A stretch of 27,707 nucleotides of DNA, from the NCBI GenBank assembly GCA_005191415.1, contig SUPS01000017.1, forward strand, positions 1-27,707, written 5' to 3'. Source of the stretch: Candidatus Helarchaeota ASGARD archaeon Hel_GB_A (GTDB taxonomy: Archaea > Asgardarchaeota > Lokiarchaeia > Helarchaeales > HEL-GB-A). This document shows positions 7,203 through 14,700 of the stretch, one piece after another. Numbering within the stretch: the stretch's first letter is position 1; each line of letters starts with the position of its first letter. The position numbers and the translations under genes are program-made. The notes under the pieces are model-generated. The model saw only the letters and a program-made list of their open reading frames with translations. It made no database searches and was not told the origin of the DNA.

Positions 7203-8006
7203 TTATCTATATTCTATTTGTCCATTTTCAAAGTTATATTGAATGAGATATCTGTGGGAGTTTTTACAAGTCACTTGTTTTTGAAGAAAATATTTTCCTG
7301 TCGCTGGATCCTGGTGAAGGGGCATAAAGTCTAAAGTTTCCATGGTTTTGCAATAGGGACAGAATACTTCGTCCCTAAACGTGAATCGTTGATTCTCTTC
7401 TGCAAAAGTAAATATTTTCGTAGGGAGGATATAATTCAATCGGTATAATAGAGATTTCTTTTGAGTTGGAACCTTAGGAATTAAGCCAGGTGCCCATGGG
7501 TCGATTAATTTGGTCCGTAATTTCAATTGCGCCATATTATTTATAAGCCACCATTTCTTGATTTGTTCAGGCAAGAGCGGGACAAATTTTGGTTTAAATG
7601 GCTTACTAAATCGGTTTATTTGGTCTGTTAAGCCATGATCTAATAAGAAAATTGTAATATTAATTGATTTTTTATTTTCTATTTCTCTTTTCGAGATTAG
7701 TTTGGAAAAATGATGTCCATCATCAAGGATAATAAATTCTACGCGATTGTCGTCATCTAGGTAGATATAAAATGGATGATAATCATGGGGATGGTAAGGA
7801 AACCGTTGTATTTTGTAAAAAATAATACACTGAATGCATTTCTGTTCCTTTTTTTGAATAATCCTATAGAAAATCCCCTCACCGTGGGATTTAGGTGGTC
7901 CGCATAAAAGATATCTTAAATTAATCTTTGTATTCGGAAAGTTAAAATTGTTAAGTAATGCCTTCTCATAGGAGATTTTGTATCCTGGTTTGATGGTACA
8001 AATCAT
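7203..8006 (-). CDS. Hypothetical protein with His-rich core and C-terminal zinc-ribbon-like motif
   Basis: Long ATG-initiated ORF on the same strand as, and directly downstream of, uS12. Contains YHPHDYHPFYIYLDDDN, LDDGHHF and C-terminal CPYC ... CKNSH. No family recognised. Confidence 0.55.
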   Translation of the reverse strand: MICTIKPGYKISYEKALLNNFNFPNTKINLRYLLCGPPKSHGEGIFYRIIQKKEQKCIQCIIFYKIQRFPYHPHDYHPFYIYLDDDNRVEFIILDDGHHFSKLISKREIENKKSINITIFLLDHGLTDQINRFSKPFKPKFVPLLPEQIKKWWLINNMAQLKLRTKLIDPWAPGLIPKVPTQKKSLLYRLNYILPTKIFTFAEENQRFTFRDEVFCPYCKTMETLDFMPLHQDPATGKYFLQKQVTCKNSHRYLIQYNFENGQIEYR

Positions 8007-8075
8007 TATTCACTAAAAACGTTAAAATCCTTAAAAAATAGTACTATTACCACATCGGACGCTGAATAGATGGAA

Positions 8076-8519
8076 TTAACGGATAGGTTTTTCCTTTTTA
8101 CCAATGATGAGTTGATTTAGGGAAACATTATTTACTTTTATTACTTTCCAGCGAACACCCGGTAGATCACCAATGGAACGTCCTTTAGCACCGCCAATGC
8201 CCTCTACAAGTACTTCATCATGTTCATCAATGAAATTTAATGCGCCATCGCCTGGTAAAAAAGCTGTGATTTGTTTTCCATTTTTAATTAATTGAATTCG
8301 AACACATTTTCTGATTGCAGAGTTCGGTTGCTTGCTCTCAATTCCTACTTTTTCGAGGACAATTCCTTTTGCCATAGGAGCCCCTTCTAGAGGGTCAGCT
8401 TTTTTGACAAGTTTTAAGATTCTCCGCTTATATCTAGTATCTTTCCAACGAAACTTTTTACGTTTCTTTTTGAGAGCGCTTCCTGCGAATTCGCCACGAG
8501 GGGATTTAGAACCAGTCAC
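8076..8519 (-). CDS. rps12: 30S ribosomal protein uS12 (S12/S23 type)
   Basis: [69 protein letters not shown] ... [18 protein letters not shown] is the canonical archaeal/eukaryotic uS12 sequence. GTG start at 8519. Confidence 0.95.
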   Translation of the reverse strand: MTGSKSPRGEFAGSALKKKRKKFRWKDTRYKRRILKLVKKADPLEGAPMAKGIVLEKVGIESKQPNSAIRKCVRIQLIKNGKQITAFLPGDGALNFIDEHDEVLVEGIGGAKGRSIGDLPGVRWKVIKVNNVSLNQLIIGKKEKPIR

Positions 8520-8733
8520 GTAAAAACCTTCTTTTATTCTTTTATTATTGAAAATATTAAAAACATTGAAAAACTTTTCTCATGTCTTTTTTCAAAAGAT
8601 GAGAGGTAAAATATAAATTATTGTCGGTAGGACTGAGGAAATTGGAAAAGTATCAAATTGGATGAAAAGTTTTTTTTAGATGTTATTGGATCTAATTAAA
8701 ATTAGAAAATTTCTATCGTATCCTTCTTAATGC

Positions 8734-9729
8734 ATGTTCATTTGGATGATTTTTGTGGAGATCTTTAATAAGTCTGGAACGCATATAGTCTTAAAGAAGC
8801 ACCATATTCTAATAGACCCTCTCGCAAATCATGAATCAGATATTGTGCTAATTTCTCATGGGCATAGTGACCATGTGAATATTCAAGCTTTCAAAAAGCT
8901 TTCACAACCCATTTATCTTAGCCGCCCAACTTTAGAGATACTTAATGAGCGAGCTAAAACTGAAATCAAGAAAAAAAATATTCATATTATAAAAAATGGG
9001 GACCGATTCAAGTTCAATGGGATTACTATTCAAGCTTTTAATGCAGGCCATTGTATTGGATCTTTGCAATTCAAAATACGTTATAATCAAGAAGTCATCA
9101 TCTACACAGGGGATTTTTGTGTTGAAACGCGTATAGGAATGCAAAAAGGGTCTATTTTAAAAGGTAAAAATGCAGTTTTAATCACAGATGCGACTTATTC
9201 TGCAAGAGAATATGATTTTCCACCACGTATGAAGCTATATAAAAAGATTTTAAAATGGATAGAATCAGTTTTTCAGGAACAGAACCATAGTACTGCAGTT
9301 ATTTTTGCTAGAAAGCTTGGAACTGCACAAGAACTAACAGGGCTCATCAATAATTCAACTTTAAATTGCGAGTTATGGGTGCATCCATCTATTTATTACC
9401 ATAATTTAATACATACCCGGTATTATCCCTTAGGGAATTTTCAATATCGAAAAAATCTTTTTGATAGTAGTCTTGATGATTTTTTATTTCCAAAAGGGTC
9501 TCAATGTAAAAGAAATAAAGTAGTTTTGTTACCAATTTTCATGTATAATAGAAAATATTTGCCGCAGATAAAGAGAGTTTTTGGGAGGGAGGCGATCGCT
9601 ATCTGTACTGGCTGGGCTTTAACAGAACATTTTTCCGTCCGCTCTTTTGCACTCTCTTCGCATGCCGACTATAAAAATATTCAGAAATATAAAATAGAAT
9701 CAGGCGCGAAAGAATTGTTATATTTTTAA
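8734..9729 (+). CDS. Metallo-beta-lactamase fold, beta-CASP family nuclease-like protein (short form)
   Basis: Ordered motifs are ILIDP, SHGHSDH (HxHxDH), NAGHCIGS, YTGDF, ITDATYS (beta-CASP motif A position) and LSSHADY (motif C). It is the only plus-strand gene inside the minus-strand block. Confidence 0.75.
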   Translation: MFIWMIFVEIFNKSGTHIVLKKHHILIDPLANHESDIVLISHGHSDHVNIQAFKKLSQPIYLSRPTLEILNERAKTEIKKKNIHIIKNGDRFKFNGITIQAFNAGHCIGSLQFKIRYNQEVIIYTGDFCVETRIGMQKGSILKGKNAVLITDATYSAREYDFPPRMKLYKKILKWIESVFQEQNHSTAVIFARKLGTAQELTGLINNSTLNCELWVHPSIYYHNLIHTRYYPLGNFQYRKNLFDSSLDDFLFPKGSQCKRNKVVLLPIFMYNRKYLPQIKRVFGREAIAICTGWALTEHFSVRSFALSSHADYKNIQKYKIESGAKELLYF

Positions 9730-9731
9730 AA

Positions 9732-10697
9732 TTAAAGCGGATGGGGAAGATTTCCAAAATGTTTAATATAGCGTTCTTCTATTTCTGGTAAAGTACAATA
9801 ATGCCCTTGTCCACCAGGGGCTTCTACGCAAAAAGATCCCATAACGGCTCCTAATTGGCAAGCTTCTTTGACTGAAAAGCCAGATATAATGCCTTTTAGA
9901 AATCCACCACGAAAAGCATCACCTGCACCCGTAGGATCCACTACTTTTTTGGCGGTTGCAATAGGAATCGAATATTTTTGATCTTTATGATAGAGAATAG
10001 AGCCAGTATTTCCAAGAGTTACTATAATATCATCTATTTGTTCTCTTAGACGGTGAATATTGGTTTCTAACGTCTTTTCTAAGAGAGCGAACTCGCTATT
10101 ATTCACGATTAAATAAGAACTAAGGGGAATTATTTCTTTCAGTTGTTCTTTAGTGAATATTTTGATTTGCTGACCTGGGTCAAAAACCATAGGAATTTCG
10201 AGATCATACAATTGATGGGCGTATTTAGTCATAGCACTCGTAGGATTTGGTGCATTAATTGCAACTCTGACGTTGTCTTCAGGCTTGATTTTAGATTTTA
10301 AATCGATTTTTTCTAGATTGACCAATGCACCTTCATGAAATGCCGTAATCTGATTATTGTTAATATCAGAGATGATATAGGCAGCTGCAGTATATTGATC
10401 ATCGTAAATATCTATCCGAAGGTCAACTGAATCTTGGAAACATTTGTGATAACCGCGTTCATAGAAGTCTTTACCAGCGGCAGAAATTAAAATACAGTTT
10501 GCATTTAATAGGCTTAATGTATAGGAGATATTCCCTCCTGTACCGCCTCGTAGCACAGTCATATTTTTGACTGTAAATGCCGCATTCAGATTTTTTTTCG
10601 ATTCAACTACAATAGTGTTGCTAAAAAGAAAGGGATATTCCATAATATGATCAAAAGCAAGCGAACCTAGAACAAGAATATTTGGGCGGGGTTCCAT
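9732..10697 (-). CDS. PfkB-family sugar/nucleoside kinase
   Basis: RGGTGGN (GG lid motif) near the N-terminus and DPTGAGDAFRGGFL (catalytic/anion-hole motif) near the C-terminus. Size 321 aa. Confidence 0.85.
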   Translation of the reverse strand: MEPRPNILVLGSLAFDHIMEYPFLFSNTIVVESKKNLNAAFTVKNMTVLRGGTGGNISYTLSLLNANCILISAAGKDFYERGYHKCFQDSVDLRIDIYDDQYTAAAYIISDINNNQITAFHEGALVNLEKIDLKSKIKPEDNVRVAINAPNPTSAMTKYAHQLYDLEIPMVFDPGQQIKIFTKEQLKEIIPLSSYLIVNNSEFALLEKTLETNIHRLREQIDDIIVTLGNTGSILYHKDQKYSIPIATAKKVVDPTGAGDAFRGGFLKGIISGFSVKEACQLGAVMGSFCVEAPGGQGHYCTLPEIEERYIKHFGNLPHPL

Positions 10698-10749
10698 TCA
10701 AAATACCCCTCAAAGTTGAATTATATTCAATTTTTATTATTTAAAAAGC

Positions 10750-11181
10750 TTAACTAATAATTACATCTTCGATATTATAATGACGCCTGGCGAGCATCCG
10801 GGCTCTGGCAACGTTTTTACCATTTTTCCCTATTGCAATCCCACGGTCTTTTTCATTTACCGTTACCATCGCGACTTTTTTCCCATCTCTTCTTTCAGTA
10901 ATAGTAATCATTTTAATTCGAGCTGGAGCTAATGTGTTTTTTATGAAGTCTTCGGGGGATTGGGCAAACTCAACGACTTCTATGGGTTTCTGTAGAAAAT
11001 CTCTTACGCGTTTGATATTAATTCCTTTCTTGCCAATTGCAAGACCAATATTCCCTGGTTTAACGATAAAAATAATTCGATCATCATCAATTACACAATC
11101 ACGAGCGACTGCCCCAGTAATGCTTTCAAAAAGAGAGATATACCGGATTTCGTTGCCGCCTAATTTTATACTTGTTGTCAT
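10750..11181 (-). CDS. nusA: Archaeal NusA-like transcription elongation/termination factor (two KH domains)
   Basis: Two GxxG KH cores (AIGKKGINIKRVR and AIGKNGKNVARAR). 143 aa. Positioned after eL30 as in the conserved archaeal cluster. Confidence 0.9.
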   Translation of the reverse strand: MTTSIKLGGNEIRYISLFESITGAVARDCVIDDDRIIFIVKPGNIGLAIGKKGINIKRVRDFLQKPIEVVEFAQSPEDFIKNTLAPARIKMITITERRDGKKVAMVTVNEKDRGIAIGKNGKNVARARMLARRHYNIEDVIIS

Positions 11182-11236
11182 TTAGTCATTTCCATCTAGT
11201 TATTTTCAATACTTATTACACAATACGTTATTGCAC

Positions 11237-11548
11237 TTAATTAGGATTTTGTTCTTTAAGTTTTAATATATCTGAATCACCAGGTTCTATAATAGAAAGC
11301 ACGCTTATCATGAAGGGTTTTCCTGCGGTAAATCCTAAATCGTAGTTTGAGCCTTTATACTGATAAATAAATATATCAGCTAATTTACAGTAGGTCTTTA
11401 GGTCTTCTAGTATTTCCTTAGGACAGTTATTTGCGACGATTACCATGAGAGCTTGTCCTCGTTTAACGAGATTTAAAGTCTTTTTTGATCCTATCTGAAC
11501 TTTTCCCGTTTTTAAGGCAATTTTGATTGCATTATCTACGTCTATCAT
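11237..11548 (-). CDS. rpl30e: 50S ribosomal protein eL30 (L30e)
   Basis: ALKTGKVQIGSKKTLNLVKRGQALMVIVANNCP ... GKPFMISVLSIIEPGDSDIL matches archaeal L30e. GGAG lies upstream of the ATG. Confidence 0.9.
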   Translation of the reverse strand: MIDVDNAIKIALKTGKVQIGSKKTLNLVKRGQALMVIVANNCPKEILEDLKTYCKLADIFIYQYKGSNYDLGFTAGKPFMISVLSIIEPGDSDILKLKEQNPN

Positions 11549-11725
11549 CGCACTTCTCCGTGTCTATAAAATTCATGATATGTTGTTTTCGTTTTTACTT
11601 AGACCTTTTTCAATAAATATATTTCTTACTTTTAAAAACCTTATCGGTAATATTTTCAAAATTTTAATTCCTATAAAGGAAAAAGAAAAGATTAATTAAA
11701 AATCTTGTGATGGTTTTATATATAT

Positions 11726-14700
11726 TTAACTACCTTGTTTTGAATTGGCATAGGGATTCAATAGAAGATCGATACCACCAGTTCCCAGTGGGATGACTTG
11801 CCCGATAATTACATTTTCAGTTATTCCTTTGAGGGGATCTTCATCACCACGGATTGCTGCTTCCAGAAGATGTTTAATCGTAACCTCAAAAGCTGCCCGG
11901 GCTAGCACACTTGATTTTTTGCCGGAAATCCCATGTCGTCCAATCTGGCGGATTCTGCCGCTGTAAGTCATTAAATCTGCAACGAGCATAATATGCCGAA
12001 TATCAACATCCAGTCCTTGCTCTTCTAATACACTGGTTGCCTCTTCTATAATGCTTGTTCTGCATGCTTCAATTCCTAATGTCGCTTCAATTTCGCGGAT
12101 ATGATTAGTAATGGTCTTTTTTGAGTCTACCCCTTCAATTAAAAGTGCTTCTTTGAAATTGGTCCCGTCGGTATAGATCACATATTCATTTGTCTCTTCA
12201 TCTTGACGAATAATGACTCGGTTTATCCCTTTTAGTCCTTTTATTGGTAATTCTCTAATTTTTTCAAGTAATTTTTGGATTTTATCTAAATCATCCGTTT
12301 TGGGATCTAAAGTAATAATATTTTCGGAACTTTTGATATCTTCTTTTTTGAATACTTTAAGTTGGGTTTCGATTTGTTTTTTAACCAGATCGATTTCAAT
12401 TTTTTTGTCATTCATTAAATCTTCATCAAGTCTAATTACAATAGACATATTAGCAAGGTCAATTTCGACAGATTTGGCAATGTTTTCAATTTTCGTTAAT
12501 TCGAGTTTTCGGGCTACTTCACGCGCTTTTTCTTCCATCTCTTCATCGGATTCGCCAGTTCGTTCTAGATACACGGTCATCATTGGTGTGGAAGGATTTC
12601 TTCGCGCATCAACGATTTCAATGAGCCTTGGCAAACCGAGAGTCACGTTGAATTCGGCAGCGCCTGCATAATGGAATGTTTTTAGAGTATTATGTGTAAT
12701 TAAGCCTTCGGCGGTGGTAAAGGTTTCAAGACCATCAACCGAAAAATCATATACAAATTCTGTTGGCGATGGTATGAGTTCTAATTTAATAATTTCATCC
12801 CATATAACATCACTATCGATTATTTGTTGTAAAATTGAAAGTTCCTTGTGTATATCGATATTTTTCTGGGTAGCGATTTCGTTGAAAATATTGAGATATC
12901 TGTGAAGTGTCCTTCGTCCAATCTTTTGTTTCCTTGTAACTTTTCGGATATTAACTCCAAAACTTGATTTAGTTGGAATTTTCAATTTTGACATAATATC
13001 TTTCAATACCGTCCCGAAACCAGGTATCATATCGATGATATCATATGTTGTTTCACCTATTTCCTCCTGATTTTCTATTATTTTTGCTAAAGTTTTGAGA
13101 TCTTTTCGTTTCTTGGGTATATCTGATCCAATACGATCCCTGAACACAGGAGCGTATTTCCCAGGAATTCTTAGCATATACTGAGAATTTTCCTTATATT
13201 TTGAGCTAAATATTCCAAATCGTGAAAGAAGCAAGCAAATATCATCTCTCAATTTACGAGAGTTCGTTCCAGCTCTAATTTGTGATTTTTGAATACTTAT
13301 ACTCCCATCACCATCAAAATAAGCTCTTAAGAGTCCCTTTACGAATTCATCAGGAGCATTTAATGCCCATGTAGGCACATATTTACGATGTGCGCCTTTG
13401 CCACACATCCGATCGAATAATTTAGCTAATACAGTCGAATGAATACTAAGCGTAATACTAGGACCGTATGGACCTTTTGATTTAGAAATATGATAATTTA
13501 GACCGAGCATTTCAGCAAATTCAATGGCGCGTTTGCGGTATTCTTCATTTACATTAGAAATACTGATGTAGGTTCCCGTATTAGTCCCTTCTGCAAGATA
13601 GGCTCCAATGAACCAGCCAGTAAGGAAGTTGAGTTCCAATTCTTCTGGAATGCGGGTATGCATGCTGTGATGCATTTTAGGATAAATATAACCCATTAAT
13701 AATTGATCTGTTTTCTTTGTCTTTAAAGCGACCCGGAGCCCGTCAATATCGACAGGGACGGTATAAGCTTTGTCATATTCCTTTTTCCAAGATCTGCCGA
13801 GCTTTGATGCAGATTTTTCCGCTTTATATAATTCAGAACCATACCAAAACTCTTTTTTAGGAAGATATTGTTCCAATGAGATTTTTTGAATGGGATTTTC
13901 CATTGGAAGGGAAGTAATTAATGGAATGCGATCCCCAATAGTTAATTTCTTACCTTCTATTGGAATTATTTTGTTATCCTTTCGAATGACGAAAGAATGA
14001 GATAATGTTGATGTTATCGTGCGACCGCTTCTGGTAGTAATTCTAATTAAATCACCATTTGGTAAATGACGACTGACTTGTACTAATGGGCGCCAGTGAA
14101 TTTTTTCATCTGTACCGAGGGATGGAACGAATAATTGCATATTTGCGGGAATATCACAAACAACAGATCCAGTATAATTTGGGATTTTATCTGGAGTTAA
14201 AGTTGCAATTAAATTATCTATAAAATCACCAATAGAGACAATTTCAACTTCTTTTTCTCTACGAATAATTACTTTTTCATTACCAGGAATGCTCATCTGA
14301 GTCCCTGGTTCCCCAATAGACTGGGCTGAGACCACTCCTACGGCTTCACCTGGTTCTATTAGCGCCTTATGGTATGCTTTTAATGTTTCGGTAATGATAG
14401 CATCAAATTGGGAGACATCAATGTCAAAATTTTTCAATTTTCCAGTTAAATTTTCGACTACCGATTTTGGCAGTTGATCTGTTTTATATAATTCCTCTAG
14501 ACGGTTTTTGAATTTTATATCCTCTACATTAATGCTAGGACCTTGAAAATCGAGTTCACTAATGACTTTTTCAAGGATCACATCTATATTGACGGCTTTA
14601 CCATGGTCACTTTTAGCAGGATCGACGCGATCTTCCCCATATTTAAATTGAATAATATTTCCTACAGCATTGCGGACCGTCCCATCATATTCCACCTTAA

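Noticed and set aside
7707-7793. H-x-H ... D cluster in the 267-aa orphan as a JAMM/MPN+ metalloprotease motif
   Set aside because: The spacing (H-P-H-x9-D) and the absence of the conserved Ser and upstream Glu do not fit the H-x-H-x7-S-x2-D JAMM signature.
734-11185. Other short overlapping or antisense ORFs in the track (734..955, 1201..1527, 1275..1496, 1926..2117, 2924..3181, 3738..3923, 4669..4866, 4985..5329, 5442..5636, 6063..6251, 8332..8523, 8932..9144, 10934..11185)
   Set aside because: Each overlaps a better-supported gene on the opposite strand or spans a promoter region. Composition is low-complexity and no domain signatures were seen.
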